Assembly: GCA_963665295.1 (NCBI GenBank)
Contig: OY762209.1
Location: 4,096,001-4,160,000, forward strand
Source: Syntrophorhabdaceae bacterium
GTDB lineage: Bacteria > Desulfobacterota > Syntrophorhabdia > Syntrophorhabdales > Syntrophorhabdaceae
Length of the DNA: 64,000 bases
Reading direction: 5' to 3'
The translations under genes were made by a program, and so were the position numbers. The notes under the pieces were generated by a model. The model saw only the letters and a list, made by a program, of their open reading frames with translations. It was not told the origin of the DNA and searched no databases. Shown here in pieces: positions 32,200 through 43,442 of the stretch. How positions within the stretch are numbered: the first letter of the stretch is position 1; each line of letters begins with the position of its first letter.

Positions 32200-33405
32200 T
32201 TATATGTTATTCAGAATGTGCCCAAGTTTCTCTTGCTTGGTCTTAAGGTATGCAAGGTTATCCTTTGTAGGCGACATCTCCAGAGGCACTCTCTCTACCA
32301 CGGTAAGACCATACCCTTCGAGTCCTTTGATCTTTCTTGGGTTATTCGTGAGAAGCCTCATTTTTCTCACGCCGAGGTCATTCAGGATCTGAGCGCCGAT
32401 CCCGTAATCCCGCAAGTCGGCGGAAAATCCGAGGGCTATGTTCGCCTCCACGGTGTCGTGTCCATTATCCTGAAGGTTGTACGCTTTCAGCTTGTTCAGG
32501 AGGCCTATCCCTCTACCCTCCTGCCTCATATACACGAATACCCCTTTCTCTTCCTTTTCTATCATCTTCAGGGCCAACTGCAACTGTTCTCCACAGTCGC
32601 ACCTCATGGACCCAAGCACGTCTCCGGTAAAGCATTCCGAGTGAACCCTTACGAGAACCACATCATCCGGCCCGATATCGCCTTTCACCAGTGCAAGGTG
32701 GGTCTCTTTATCTACATCGTTCTCGTATCCCACCAACACGAAGTCCCCGCCGTACCTGGTGGGTATCCTCGTCTCCGTGGCTCTTCTCACGAGTTTCTCG
32801 TTCTTCGTCCTGTATTTTATCAGGTCGGCGATGGTAGCGATTTTCAAGCCATGTTCCACGGCAAAACGCTCCAGGTCGCCCATCCTTGCCATAGTGCCGT
32901 CTTCTTTCATGATTTCACAAATAACACCCGCCGGTTTGAGACCGGCAAGCCTTGCGAGATCGACAGAACCTTCCGTATGGCCCACCCTGACGAGTACTCC
33001 GCCGTTACGCGCCATCAGGGGAAACACATGACCTGGCTTTGCAAGGTCTTCAGGTCCCGTCTTGTCGTCCATGGCCACCGCGATGGTAGTTGCCCTGTCC
33101 TGCGCTGAAATCCCGGTGGTCACACCTCTCCTCGCTTCTATGGAAACCGTGAAAGCCGTATTGTGGGCAGAGGTGTTCTCACGAACCATCAAGGGCAGTC
33201 CCAGCGCCCTGACTCTATCCTCGGTAAGTGAAAGACAGATGAGACCACAGGCATACCGCGCCATAAATGTGATCGTCTCAGGTGTGGCCTTTTCCGCCGC
33301 CACCATGATATCACCTTCGTTCTCTCTGTCTTCATCATCGACGATGATGACCATCTTTCCGTTTTTGACATCCTCGATTACATCTTCAATTCTCGATATC
33401 GCCAT
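32200..33405 (-). CDS. ribBA: Bifunctional DHBP synthase / GTP cyclohydrolase II
   Basis: [30 protein letters not shown]...RCDC, QEGRGIG; start at ATG 33405. Confidence 0.97.
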   Translation of the reverse strand: MAISRIEDVIEDVKNGKMVIIVDDEDRENEGDIMVAAEKATPETITFMARYACGLICLSLTEDRVRALGLPLMVRENTSAHNTAFTVSIEARRGVTTGISAQDRATTIAVAMDDKTGPEDLAKPGHVFPLMARNGGVLVRVGHTEGSVDLARLAGLKPAGVICEIMKEDGTMARMGDLERFAVEHGLKIATIADLIKYRTKNEKLVRRATETRIPTRYGGDFVLVGYENDVDKETHLALVKGDIGPDDVVLVRVHSECFTGDVLGSMRCDCGEQLQLALKMIEKEEKGVFVYMRQEGRGIGLLNKLKAYNLQDNGHDTVEANIALGFSADLRDYGIGAQILNDLGVRKMRLLTNNPRKIKGLEGYGLTVVERVPLEMSPTKDNLAYLKTKQEKLGHILNNI

Positions 33406-33406
33406 A

Positions 33407-34054
33407 TCAGTCCCCTTTTGCATAGCCGTGCTCATAGAGAAAATTCAAGTCCATGCCCCGGCCCTTGTCTTTCGCCATGAAGCTGTCTATATATCTGCCG
33501 ATAATATCGGTCTCTATATTCAGTTTATCCCGCGGTTTCTTATCGCCTATCGTGGTTTTTGATGCGGTGTACGGGATTATGTTAACATTAAATAAGGTAT
33601 CACTTCGATCGTTCACTGTCAAGCTTACTCCATCCAGCGTAACCGACCCTTTTCTCACAATGTACCGCAACACGTCAGGATTCGACTCAATTTCAAATCT
33701 CAGGGAATCGCCGACCTGACTTATCCCTTTTATCACTCCCACTCCGTCCACATGGCCCATGACGATGTGCCCCCCGAACCTTCCGTCGGCTTTCATGGCC
33801 CTCTCCACATTGACGGCGTCTCCCGGTTTCCTGTCCTTCAAGGTGGTGACGCCGAGAGTCTCAAGGGATGCATCTGCATAAAAGCCATCTCCCGCCAATC
33901 TGACAGCCGTAAGACACACCCCATCTATCGCAACGCTGTCCCCCTCCTGAATGCCATGGGGTTTCATGTTGGTCCGGACATAGAACTCCCACCTGCCGGA
34001 GAGTTTTCTGATCCCTGCAATCTTTCCTACGTCCTCAATAATCCCTGTGAACAT
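33407..34054 (-). CDS. ribE: Riboflavin synthase (alpha chain)
   Basis: [27 protein letters not shown]. Confidence 0.96.
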   Translation of the reverse strand: MFTGIIEDVGKIAGIRKLSGRWEFYVRTNMKPHGIQEGDSVAIDGVCLTAVRLAGDGFYADASLETLGVTTLKDRKPGDAVNVERAMKADGRFGGHIVMGHVDGVGVIKGISQVGDSLRFEIESNPDVLRYIVRKGSVTLDGVSLTVNDRSDTLFNVNIIPYTASKTTIGDKKPRDKLNIETDIIGRYIDSFMAKDKGRGMDLNFLYEHGYAKGD

Positions 34055-35138
34055 AGGCCTCCACATATATGTCGTCTTTGAAGCGTTTGACCGTTACAAT
34101 GTCCAGTTTATGGGCATCCCGAAGAAAGTCCACCCCTTTTCCCCCAATGAGACTCTGGGCATTTTTGCCTCCTATCATGATGGGGGCATAGAAAAGAAGA
34201 ACCTTATCGAGGAGATTCTCTTTAAGGAGGCTGCTGTTCACCTCGCCGCCTCCTTCCACAAGCACGCTCTGGACTTCCCTCTTATAGAGTTCGTCGCACA
34301 CCTGTTTCAGCGAGACCCGTCCATTTTCATCCTTAGCAACCCTGATCACATCAAGCCCAAGAGACTTTAGACGCGCTTCTTTATCATGACGGGAGTCTTC
34401 GGACGCAAAAATCCATGTCCTGTATTTCTCAGCAGTCTTCACTACATCACACGACAAAGGTATCCTGAGTTTCGAGTCAAGGATGATCCTTATGGGAATC
34501 TTCTTGGGCTTGGCCACCTTCGGTACAAGGAGCGGGTTATCGGAAATTACCGTATTGATTCCCACCATCACTCCGTCCATTACAGACCGCAGCTTGTTTA
34601 CGTGACGCCTTGATTCCTCATTGGATATCCACTTGGAATCACAAGTTTTTGTCGCTATCTTCCCGTCAAGGCTTGCGGCAGCCTTCAAGGTGAAAAAAGG
34701 TCTTTTCCTTTCCATATAGACAATAAAAGCCTCATTCAACTTTCGGGCTTCTTCTTCAAGAAGGCCGACTTTCACGTCTATCCCCGCATTCCTCAGTGTT
34801 TCCACGCCCTTGCCGTTCACGAGCGGGTTCGGATCGAGCATGGAGACCACGACCTTCTTTATCCCCGCCCGGATCACCGCCTCGACGCAAGGGGGTGTTT
34901 TCCCCACGTGCGCGCAAGGCTCCAGATTAATAAAAAGCGTGGCGCCTCTGGCTTCTTCCTTTGCATCGTTGATCGCCACGACCTCGGCATGGTAAAGTCC
35001 CGCCTTGCGGTGATAGCCCTTTCCTACGATGTTTTTCCCTTTTACAAGAACTGCACCAACCATGGGGTTGGGGGAAGTGGCGCCAAGCCCTCTCTTCCCG
35101 AGAGAGAGCGACATGCGCATATATTCTTCTTCTTTCAA
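34035..35138 (-). CDS. ribD: Riboflavin biosynthesis deaminase/reductase RibD
   Basis: PNPMVG, HAE, LEPC.H.GKTPPC, SLDGKIA, VEGG; probable TTG start at 35138. Confidence 0.96.
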   Translation of the reverse strand: MKEEEYMRMSLSLGKRGLGATSPNPMVGAVLVKGKNIVGKGYHRKAGLYHAEVVAINDAKEEARGATLFINLEPCAHVGKTPPCVEAVIRAGIKKVVVSMLDPNPLVNGKGVETLRNAGIDVKVGLLEEEARKLNEAFIVYMERKRPFFTLKAAASLDGKIATKTCDSKWISNEESRRHVNKLRSVMDGVMVGINTVISDNPLLVPKVAKPKKIPIRIILDSKLRIPLSCDVVKTAEKYRTWIFASEDSRHDKEARLKSLGLDVIRVAKDENGRVSLKQVCDELYKREVQSVLVEGGGEVNSSLLKENLLDKVLLFYAPIMIGGKNAQSLIGGKGVDFLRDAHKLDIVTVKRFKDDIYVEAYVHRDY

Positions 35139-35196
35139 GGTTAGCCCTCTCAAACAACGCTCAGCACGCGAAAAGCCACGGTGCATCCGATCTCTG

Positions 35197-35661
35197 TCAA
35201 TTCTCGCCTTTCTTCAGGACGAGATCTTTCAATTCATCCATAAATTCGTTAATGTCTCTGAACTGCCTGTATACGGAGGCGAACCTGACATATGCGATTT
35301 CATCCAGTTTTCTCAGTTCATCCATGACCATCTCTCCTACCTCGGATGCCCTGATCTCTTTCTCTCCCTTTTCGAGGAGGTTATGCTCTATCCTCAATAC
35401 TATCTTCTCCAGGTTCGTTATACTCACGGGCCTCTTCTCGCATGCCCTTTTCAATCCACCCAGGATCTTATCCCGCTCGAACACCTCGCGCCTGCCATCC
35501 TTCTTGATGACCAGAGGCAACCCCTCCTCGAGCCTTTCGGCTGTGCTGAACCTCTTCCCGCACTTGAGGCATTCTCTTCGCCGTCTGATGGTATCCATCT
35601 CTTTGCTTAATCTCGAATCGAGAACCTTGCTCTCAATGTGACTGCAGTAAGGGCATTTCAT
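35197..35661 (-). CDS. nrdR: Transcriptional repressor NrdR
   Basis: [19 protein letters not shown]-cone, AYVRFASVY. Confidence 0.98.
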   Translation of the reverse strand: MKCPYCSHIESKVLDSRLSKEMDTIRRRRECLKCGKRFSTAERLEEGLPLVIKKDGRREVFERDKILGGLKRACEKRPVSITNLEKIVLRIEHNLLEKGEKEIRASEVGEMVMDELRKLDEIAYVRFASVYRQFRDINEFMDELKDLVLKKGEN

Positions 35662-36137
35662 GGCTCAGGGCTTACCGGCGCGTCCGGCAATTCTACCTTC
35701 CGTATCACCATCTCCGATTCCTTCATGATCTCCGCCGCAAGTTCGTCAGGATACCCGTCAATATAGAATACCTTAGAAATGCCCGCATTGATGACCATTT
35801 TTATGCATATAGAGCAAGGTAAATGAGTTGTATAAAGTTGGGCTCCATTTATGGAAGCACCATGATATGCCGCCTGAACAATTGCATTCTGTTCAGCATG
35901 GAGGCCCCGGCATAATTCGTGTCTTTCCCCGGGGGCAACCTTCAACTTCTCTCTGAGGCATTCTCCATCCGTACAATGCGCGAGCCCCATGGGTGCGCCA
36001 TTGTACCCTGTCGATAGAATTCTCTTATCCCTGACGATCAGGGCCCCGACGTTTCTTCTCTTGCATGTAGACCTTTTCGATATGATCCTCGCAATCTCCA
36101 TGAAGTAAGAATCCCAGTCAGGGCGAGGATTCCTCAT
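35658..36137 (-). CDS. dCMP deaminase family protein (ComEB-like)
   Basis: [28 protein letters not shown]. Confidence 0.93.
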   Translation of the reverse strand: MRNPRPDWDSYFMEIARIISKRSTCKRRNVGALIVRDKRILSTGYNGAPMGLAHCTDGECLREKLKVAPGERHELCRGLHAEQNAIVQAAYHGASINGAQLYTTHLPCSICIKMVINAGISKVFYIDGYPDELAAEIMKESEMVIRKVELPDAPVSPEP

Positions 36138-37390
36138 ATCGTGTATATACGGGAATAGAAGGGGAATCTCTCACATAAAGCCTTTACTTCAGCCCTTATT
36201 TCGCTATACACGGACTCATTGTTGAGGTTCGTTAGTGCCCTGTTTATGAGCCCCGCAATCACGTCCATCTCCTCTTCTTTAAAGCCCCTCGTGGTCACTG
36301 CGGGGGTTCCTATCCTTATCCCGCTCGTAATGTTCGGCCCTTTGGAATCAAAAGGAATGAGGTTTTTGTTGACCATGATCCCGCTCGGTTCGAGGGCCTC
36401 CTGGGCCTCTTTCCCCGTAATACCTTTGTGGGAAAGGTCGACAAGGAACAGGTGAGTATCCGTACCGCCGGATACTATTCTGTAACCCAGTTCTTCCATG
36501 TTTCGGGACAGACGTTGTGCGTTTCTCACCACCTGTCTCTGATACTCTCTGAATTCCTCCGTCATGGCCTGCTTCATGGCAACTGCCTTCGCGGCAACTA
36601 CGTGCATCAACGGCCCGCCTTGTATGCCGGGGAATATGGCTGAATCGATGGCCTTCGCAAATTCTTTCTTACAGAAAACCAGCCCTCCTCTGGGGCCTCG
36701 CAACGTTTTGTGCGTCGTAGTAGTTACAAAGTGCGCATGCTCCATAGGACTCGGATGGCACCCCGCCGCTATCAGCCCCGCAATGTGGGCCATGTCCACG
36801 GTGAAATACGCCCCTACCTCATCGGCGATCTCCCTGAATTTCTTGAAGTCGATCACTCTCGGATAGGCGCTCGCACCGGCAATGATCATTTTCGGTTTCT
36901 CTTCCCGTGCGATTCTCCGAATATCGTCGTAGTCAAGTCTCTCGTCGCCCGATGACACCTTGTAACCCACAGCAGTGTAGTACTTGCCCGAGAAACTGGC
37001 CCGCGCCCCATGGGTCAAATGCCCCCCATGGGCGATGTCCATACCGAGTATCTTGTCTCCTGGTTTAAGCACAGCGTAAAAAACCGCCATGTTCGCGGAG
37101 GATCCCGAGTGGGGTTGCACATTCACATGCTCCGCATGAAACAGCTCTTTCGCCCTCTCAATGGCAATATTTTCGATCTCATCGAGGAACCGGCAACCGC
37201 TGTAGTATCTCTTGAACGGGTAGCCTTCCGCGTATTTGTTCGTCAATACGCAGCCCTGTATCTCAAGTATCTCCTCATTTACATAATTCTCCGAGGCTAT
37301 CAGGATAAGGCTGTGCTCCTCCCTTTCGAGTTCCCGCCTCACAAGTTCATAAACTTCTTTGTCTTTAAAATCCTCGCTTTTCATCTTCAT
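36134..37390 (-). CDS. glyA: Serine hydroxymethyltransferase
   Basis: [34 protein letters not shown]. Confidence 0.98.
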   Translation of the reverse strand: MKMKSEDFKDKEVYELVRRELEREEHSLILIASENYVNEEILEIQGCVLTNKYAEGYPFKRYYSGCRFLDEIENIAIERAKELFHAEHVNVQPHSGSSANMAVFYAVLKPGDKILGMDIAHGGHLTHGARASFSGKYYTAVGYKVSSGDERLDYDDIRRIAREEKPKMIIAGASAYPRVIDFKKFREIADEVGAYFTVDMAHIAGLIAAGCHPSPMEHAHFVTTTTHKTLRGPRGGLVFCKKEFAKAIDSAIFPGIQGGPLMHVVAAKAVAMKQAMTEEFREYQRQVVRNAQRLSRNMEELGYRIVSGGTDTHLFLVDLSHKGITGKEAQEALEPSGIMVNKNLIPFDSKGPNITSGIRIGTPAVTTRGFKEEEMDVIAGLINRALTNLNNESVYSEIRAEVKALCERFPFYSRIYTI

Positions 37391-37842
37391 GGCCTTGACA
37401 GGTATTTATCTTCCCACTCCGTTATTTTATCTATCCTTCTAGTGTGCCTTCCACCTTCGAAAGGCGTGTCGAACCAGACCTTCACGATCTCCTCCGCGAG
37501 GCCCTTCCCTATCACCCGGCCTCCCAGGACAAGAACGTTCGTGTCGAGATGGCGCCTGCTTTGCATGGCTGTATAGATATCCTGGGCGAGAACCGCCCTG
37601 ACCCCTTTCACCTTGTTTGCCACCACGCTCATTCCCACGCCTGTCCCACATACGAGGATACCCCTGTCGGCCGATCCGTCGGATACAAGCCCGGCGGCTT
37701 TCAGACCGTAATCAGGATAGTCCACGGATGCCTCGGTGTCGGTCCCTGCATCAATAACCGTATAACCTCTCTCTTTTACAAGGTTCTTCACAAATTCTTT
37801 CAGCTCGTATCCCGCGTGATCCGACCCGAGAGCTACCCTCAC
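37387..37842 (-). CDS. rpiB: Ribose 5-phosphate isomerase B
   Basis: GSDHAG, DYPD, CGTGVG, FEGGRH. Confidence 0.96.
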   Translation of the reverse strand: MRVALGSDHAGYELKEFVKNLVKERGYTVIDAGTDTEASVDYPDYGLKAAGLVSDGSADRGILVCGTGVGMSVVANKVKGVRAVLAQDIYTAMQSRRHLDTNVLVLGGRVIGKGLAEEIVKVWFDTPFEGGRHTRRIDKITEWEDKYLSRP

Positions 37843-39080
37843 TTTTCGAACCTCCGGAAGACAAGGGTGCAGTTGGTTCCGCCGAAACCGAAGGAATTCG
37901 ACATAGCCACCTCGATACCATGCTTTCTCGCGGCGTTGGGCACATAGTCCAGATCACATTCAGGATCGGGATTTTCGTAATTTATGGTGGGCGGGCACAC
38001 CTGGTCTCTTATGCTCAAGGCCGAAAACACGGCCTCAACAGCTCCCGCCGCGCCCAGAAGATGACCTGTCATCGATTTGGTGGAACTTACGGGTATCTTA
38101 TACGCCCGCTCCTTAAAAACCTCTTTTATTGCAATGGTCTCTATGTGATCGTTCAAGCCGGTGGAGGTCCCGTGGGCATTGATATAATCCACGTCGTCCT
38201 CAACCAGCCCGCCGTCTTTCAAGGCCATTTTCATACATCGAACGAATCCGTTCCCGTCAGGGGCCGGAGCGGTAATGTGGTACGCGTCACCGTTATAGCC
38301 ATACCCTGCCAGTTCCGCATAAATCTTTGCGTTCCTCTTCAGGGCGTGTTCGAGTTCTTCCAGAATTACAATGCCTGCGCCCTCGGCCACCACAAAACCG
38401 TCCCGGTCCCTTTCAAATGGCCTTGAGGCCTTTGCGGGCTCACCATTCCTTCTCGAAAGAGCCTTCATGGCGTTGAAACCTCCCACGGTGAGAGGGGTCA
38501 GGTTCGCCTCGGTCCCCCCCGCAACCATCACGTCTGCATCACCGTACTGTATGATCCGGAAGGCGTCGCCTATGGAATGGGCGCCCGTCGCACAGGCTGT
38601 CACGATACAAAGGTTGGGCCCTTGAATGCCGTGTTGTATGGCGATATGACCCGGAGCCTCGTTTGCTATCAACATGGGAATGAAAAAGGGTGATATCCTG
38701 CCCGGTCCCCTTTCAAGGAGGATCGTGTGATATTTCTCCAGCGTGGGGAGACCGCCAAGGCCGGTTCCGGCCACGACTCCCACTCTCGTCCGGTCTTCAG
38801 AAGCCATATCGAGTTTCGCGTCTTCAATGGCAATCTGCGTCGCACCGAGCACATACTGAATAAACAGGTCTATTTTCTTTATTTCTTTCGGGGATATAAA
38901 ATCCTCCGGCTTAAAGCCCTTGACCTCTCCCGCGATCTTCGTCTCAAACTGGGATGTGTCAAATCGTGTAATCGCCGATATACCCGACTCACCATTCAGT
39001 ATCTTACTCCAGACGCTTTCATTCCCGGTGCCGAGGGGCGTTACGAGACCTATTCCTGTCACCACCACTCTTCTCTTCAA
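37839..39080 (-). CDS. fabF: 3-oxoacyl-ACP synthase II
   Basis: TACATG, NAHGTST, KSMTGHLLGA, SNSFGFGG. Confidence 0.97.
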   Translation of the reverse strand: MKRRVVVTGIGLVTPLGTGNESVWSKILNGESGISAITRFDTSQFETKIAGEVKGFKPEDFISPKEIKKIDLFIQYVLGATQIAIEDAKLDMASEDRTRVGVVAGTGLGGLPTLEKYHTILLERGPGRISPFFIPMLIANEAPGHIAIQHGIQGPNLCIVTACATGAHSIGDAFRIIQYGDADVMVAGGTEANLTPLTVGGFNAMKALSRRNGEPAKASRPFERDRDGFVVAEGAGIVILEELEHALKRNAKIYAELAGYGYNGDAYHITAPAPDGNGFVRCMKMALKDGGLVEDDVDYINAHGTSTGLNDHIETIAIKEVFKERAYKIPVSSTKSMTGHLLGAAGAVEAVFSALSIRDQVCPPTINYENPDPECDLDYVPNAARKHGIEVAMSNSFGFGGTNCTLVFRRFEK

Positions 39081-39097
39081 TGCGGTCCACCCCTTAA

Positions 39098-39349
<252 letters not shown>

Positions 39350-39381
39350 TCATAATAAATAGAAGAAACAAGATCTCCTTA

Positions 39382-40113
39382 CTACATATGTAAACCGCCG
39401 TTGACGTTTATCACCTCTCCGGTAATATAACTCCCGTACTCCGAAAGAAGGAAATACACGACACGCGCAACGTCGGTTGTTTCTCCCAACCGGCCAAGGG
39501 GAATCGCCCTAAACAACTCCTCTCTTGCCTTCTCGCTCAGTTCATCCGTCATCTTGGTCCGAATGAAACCGGGAGCCACTGCGTTGACCCTGATGCCCCT
39601 CTCTCCATATTCCTTGGCCACGCTTTTGGTAAACCCGATCAGTCCGGCCTTGCTCGCCGCGTAATTAGCCTGACCCGCATTACCCATAATACCGACAACA
39701 GAGGTAATGTTCACGATCGCCCCTCCTGTCCTCAACATAGGTTTGATCACTGCCCTGGTGCAGTTGAAGGCGCTCTTCAGGTTCACGTGGATGACTCTGT
39801 CCCAATCCTCTTCCTTCATCCGTATCAACAATTTGTCGTTGGTGATACCCGCGTTGTTTACCAGGCAATGTACCTTGCCCAGTGTCTTTATCACCGCGCC
39901 TACCGCTTCTTCCACGGCATGGAAATCGGTCACGTCGACGTGAAAGAATTCTGCCCTTCTGCCCTTCGCCCTGATCTCCTCCACCACTCCGCTGCCATCA
40001 GCAATATCGAATACCGCGATGTCGCCACCCTTTTCCGCAAGGAATTCGGCTATTGTCTTTCCGATGCCTTGGGCGGCGCCCGTTATGATGGTAACCCTAT
40101 TATTCATCTGCAC
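39382..40113 (-). CDS. fabG: 3-oxoacyl-ACP reductase
   Basis: TGAAQGIG, NNAGIT, GNAGQANYAASK, VAPGFI. Confidence 0.97.
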   Translation of the reverse strand: MQMNNRVTIITGAAQGIGKTIAEFLAEKGGDIAVFDIADGSGVVEEIRAKGRRAEFFHVDVTDFHAVEEAVGAVIKTLGKVHCLVNNAGITNDKLLIRMKEEDWDRVIHVNLKSAFNCTRAVIKPMLRTGGAIVNITSVVGIMGNAGQANYAASKAGLIGFTKSVAKEYGERGIRVNAVAPGFIRTKMTDELSEKAREELFRAIPLGRLGETTDVARVVYFLLSEYGSYITGEVINVNGGLHM

Positions 40114-40134
40114 ATTCTCCCCATAGTCCGGCCG

Positions 40135-41073
40135 TCACGCCAATAAGCCCTTCAGCGCTTCGATCTCGTCCAAGTTTTCCACGTTGTAACAAGGAACAGT
40201 CGGTTCGATCCTCTTGATAAGGTTGGTGAGAACCTTCTGAGGTCCCACTTCAACAAATATCTCCACGCCTTCCGCCACCATTCTTCTGACGCACTGTTCC
40301 CAGCGAACGGGAGAGAACATCTGTCTGTAAAGCTTATCGGCAATTACATCCCTGTCCTGCTCCGGAGCGGCATCCACGTTACCCATCACGGGAAAGTTCA
40401 CATTCCTCTTCGCAACAAGCCGTATCTCTTCTTTTAGTTTCTCCGCCCCTTCTTTCATGAGAGGGCTGTGAAACGGTCCCGACACATTGAGAAAAACGGC
40501 TTTCTTATACCCTACGCCTTTCAGCTTCTCCACGCTTTCCTTCAAAGCGCCGATATCCCCCGACAGGACCACCTGGTCCGCCGAGTTCAGGTTGGCCGGC
40601 ACTGCAACGTAATCACCGTGAGAGATATCCTTCAGGAGGGGTTCCACCTTTTCCATGTTCGCCCCGATCAACGCCACCATGCCGCCCTTACCCTTCGGAC
40701 ACGACTCCTCCATGAGGAGCCCTCTTTTCCTTGTTATGTTGAGGGCGTCTTCGAAGGTAAAATAACCGGCGGCGAGCAACGCGGTATACTCACCGAGGCT
40801 GTGACCCGCAAAAAGAAACGGCGTCAGCTGTGTCTCCTTCTTCAGAACCTCCCACACCGCATAACACGTGAGAAGGAGCGCCGGCTGGGTATTATATGTC
40901 TGCCTCAGTTCTTCCTCGGGTCCGCTGAAACAGAGGTCCGTAATCGGAAAACCGAGAACCCTGTCCGCTGTTCCGAACAACTCCTTTATTTCATCAAACC
41001 TGTCGTAAAGTTTTTTCCCCATGCCGACATATTGAGAGCCCTGCCCGGGGAACACAATACCTATCTTTTTCAT
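40135..41073 (-). CDS. fabD: Malonyl-CoA:ACP transacylase
   Basis: FPGQGSQ, TQPA, GHSLGEY, VSGPFHS. Confidence 0.97.
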   Translation of the reverse strand: MKKIGIVFPGQGSQYVGMGKKLYDRFDEIKELFGTADRVLGFPITDLCFSGPEEELRQTYNTQPALLLTCYAVWEVLKKETQLTPFLFAGHSLGEYTALLAAGYFTFEDALNITRKRGLLMEESCPKGKGGMVALIGANMEKVEPLLKDISHGDYVAVPANLNSADQVVLSGDIGALKESVEKLKGVGYKKAVFLNVSGPFHSPLMKEGAEKLKEEIRLVAKRNVNFPVMGNVDAAPEQDRDVIADKLYRQMFSPVRWEQCVRRMVAEGVEIFVEVGPQKVLTNLIKRIEPTVPCYNVENLDEIEALKGLLA

Positions 41074-42234
41074 TTATCTTCTCTTTTGGGCTGCTTCCTT
41101 TACAAGCTCAAGGCCGATCACATTTCGCTGAATCTGATTCGTGCCTTCATAAATCTGCAAAATCTTTGCATCTCTCAGCATCTTCTCAACCGGGTATTCC
41201 TTCATGTATCCGTACCCACCGAAGACCTGCAGCGCATCCACGACGACCTTCATCGCCACATCGCTCGGGAACACCTTGCTCATGGCGGAAACTTTGGAGG
41301 TATCCTTCGGGTTGCTGTCGATAAAACGAGCCACCGCGTACACAAGTGCGCGGGCGGCCTCTACCTGGGTCGCCATGTCGGCAAGCATATGCTGTATGGC
41401 CTGGAAGGAAGCTATCTTTCTATCGAACTGCTCCCGCTCCCTCGCATAACGAACTGCTGCGTCCAACGCGGCATGAGCTACCCCAACAGCCTGGGCGCCA
41501 ATACCGGGCCTTGTCTTGTCAAAGGTCCGCATGGCATAGATAAACCCCATACCCTCTCTACCTATAACATTTTCCTTGGGAACTTTGCAATCTTGAAATA
41601 CAAGCTCTCTCGTTGCGGAGGCTCTGATGCCAAGCTTGTTCTCCTTCTTTCCGAAGGTAAAGCCTTCCATCCCTTTTTCCAGGATAAAAGCGGTGGCGCC
41701 TCTGCCGCCTTTCGTCTTGTCGGTCTTCGCAATAACCGTATAAATATCGGCCTCTCCGCCGTTTGTAATCCACTGTTTCGTGCCGTTGAGGATATACTCG
41801 TCCCCCACTTTCTTTGCCTCTGTGCGTATGCTCTGTGCGTCGCTACCCGCACCTGCTTCCGTGAGACCGAAGGCACCAAGCTTTTCTCCCGAGGCAATCT
41901 GACTCAGGTACTTCTTCTTCTGTGCTTCGGAACCTCCGAGGAGGATCGGGTACGCCCCCAGGAGACTTGCTGCATAACTCACCGACACCCCGAGGCACGC
42001 TTTGCTCAATTCTTCAACCACGATGCAGTTTTCAAAACATCCGCCGCCCAGTCCACCGTACTCCACAGGTATACTCACACCGAAAAGTCCAGTGTCTCCA
42101 CAGACTTTCATCACGCTCCACGGAAACTCCTGTTTCTCGTCGAGTTCGGCCCGAACGGGAACAACCTTCTCTTCAGCAATCCTGCGGGCCAGGGCGCGAA
42201 TATTCTTCTGGTCTTCTGTGAGGAAATAATCCAT
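41074..42234 (-). CDS. Acyl-CoA dehydrogenase family flavoprotein occupying the fabH position
   Basis: GLTEAGAGSD, NGTKQWITNG, KLGIRAS, REQF, QVFGGYGY, IYEGTNQIQR (catalytic Glu intact). Confidence 0.95.
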   Translation of the reverse strand: MDYFLTEDQKNIRALARRIAEEKVVPVRAELDEKQEFPWSVMKVCGDTGLFGVSIPVEYGGLGGGCFENCIVVEELSKACLGVSVSYAASLLGAYPILLGGSEAQKKKYLSQIASGEKLGAFGLTEAGAGSDAQSIRTEAKKVGDEYILNGTKQWITNGGEADIYTVIAKTDKTKGGRGATAFILEKGMEGFTFGKKENKLGIRASATRELVFQDCKVPKENVIGREGMGFIYAMRTFDKTRPGIGAQAVGVAHAALDAAVRYAREREQFDRKIASFQAIQHMLADMATQVEAARALVYAVARFIDSNPKDTSKVSAMSKVFPSDVAMKVVVDALQVFGGYGYMKEYPVEKMLRDAKILQIYEGTNQIQRNVIGLELVKEAAQKRR

Positions 42235-42235
42235 G

Positions 42236-43243
42236 CTATCTCTCCTTTATCTTCTGAAGTGACTCGTAATTCTGCATCGTTTCCTTGATAGATTCATTCA
42301 GGTTCCTATCTACAAAATTGCCGGCCATAATGATGGCATTCCTTATCGCGTAGTGACTCGACTTGCCGTGACATATAATGGACACACCATCCACACCCAA
42401 CAGAGGCGCACCCCCTATATTCGCATAGTCGAACCTCTGCCTTATCTGCTTCAATATCTCCTGCATAAACGCATAACCGGCAACATTATGGATGTTTTCC
42501 GCCGCCTTTTCCTTCAAGAATCCCATCAACATTTCGGCGATTCCTTCCGTGATTTTCAGGGCCACATTTCCCACAAAGCCGTCGGTCACCACCACGTCGG
42601 TGTTTCCGTTATGCATGTCCGTGCCTTCCACATATCCCAGATAATTGAGGTCTATGTTCTTCAGAAGGCTGTTGGCCTCCCTTGTCAACTCGTTACCTTT
42701 CGTCTCCTCCGTGGCATTACTCAACAGGCCCACTTTCGGAGCGTCAAAACCGAAGGCGCATCGGGCGAAAATATCACCCATTATGGCAAACTGGATAATA
42801 TGTGTCGCCCGGCAGTCCACATTGCCCCCCGAATCGACGAGAACCGTCGTCCCCCCCTTGGCATTCGGGTGAAGCGTGGCAATGGCGGGCCGGTCGACAC
42901 CCGGCAGCCTTCCCAGGGTAAAAATGGCGAAGCCCATGGCAGCGCCGGAGTTCCCCGCAGTCACCACCCCTTGAACGGCCCCCTGTTTCAGCAACTCAAA
43001 GGCCTTATTCATGGAGCAGTCTCTTTTCTTTCTCAGGGCGTTCGAGGGAGACTCGTCCATCCCGACCACCGTCGCCGTGTGCACAATCTCCATGGAGGAA
43101 TCGCCTATCAGGGGCCGGAGCTTCTCCTCGTCACCGACGAGAACGATATCCGCTATCCTGTCGCTATGTACAGATAGAGCCCCTTTCACGACCGCATGAG
43201 GCGCAAAATCTCCCCCCATACCGTCTACCGCTATCCTCACCAT
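42236..43243 (-). CDS. plsX: Phosphate acyltransferase PlsX
   Basis: IAVDGMGGD.AP, AGNSGA, DRPA, DGFVGN, GGAPLLG, CHG.S. Confidence 0.97.
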   Translation of the reverse strand: MVRIAVDGMGGDFAPHAVVKGALSVHSDRIADIVLVGDEEKLRPLIGDSSMEIVHTATVVGMDESPSNALRKKRDCSMNKAFELLKQGAVQGVVTAGNSGAAMGFAIFTLGRLPGVDRPAIATLHPNAKGGTTVLVDSGGNVDCRATHIIQFAIMGDIFARCAFGFDAPKVGLLSNATEETKGNELTREANSLLKNIDLNYLGYVEGTDMHNGNTDVVVTDGFVGNVALKITEGIAEMLMGFLKEKAAENIHNVAGYAFMQEILKQIRQRFDYANIGGAPLLGVDGVSIICHGKSSHYAIRNAIIMAGNFVDRNLNESIKETMQNYESLQKIKER

Positions 43244-43246
43244 TAA

Positions 43247-43429
43247 TTATGCTTCCTTTACTTCAAGGTACTTCTTGCCTTTATACATCCCGCACTTCGG
43301 GCATACAGCGTGAGGCAGTTTGGGCTGTTTGCAGTTCGGGCAGGAAACCACAGCCACCGGGATGGCCTTGTAATGGGTCCTTCTCTTATCTCTTTTTGAT
43401 TGCGACGTCTTCCTTTTTGGAACGGCCAT
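43247..43429 (-). CDS. rpmF: 50S ribosomal protein L32 (zinc-ribbon form)
   Basis: MAVPKRKTS..KRDKRR, CPNC..PH.VCPKCG.Y. Confidence 0.97.
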   Translation of the reverse strand: MAVPKRKTSQSKRDKRRTHYKAIPVAVVSCPNCKQPKLPHAVCPKCGMYKGKKYLEVKEA

Positions 43430-43442
43430 GATACTCTCCTTG

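Noticed and set aside
35139..35196. Possible FMN riboswitch before the rib genes
   Set aside because: The gap is under 60 nt and has no RFN consensus. The rib genes appear to be read from the upstream supra-operon.
41068..41079. In-frame stop-start junctions ACAD TAA|ATG fabD and dut TGA|ATG xerD (9858-9863) as possible readthrough fusions or selenocysteine sites
   Set aside because: Each protein is complete on its own, TAA is an efficient stop, and no SECIS-like hairpin or Cys-equivalent position is apparent. Translational coupling explains them.
40468..42288. 606-aa + strand ORF antisense to fabD and the ACAD gene
   Set aside because: It is a codon-register shadow of two abutting same-frame genes, with no recognisable motifs.
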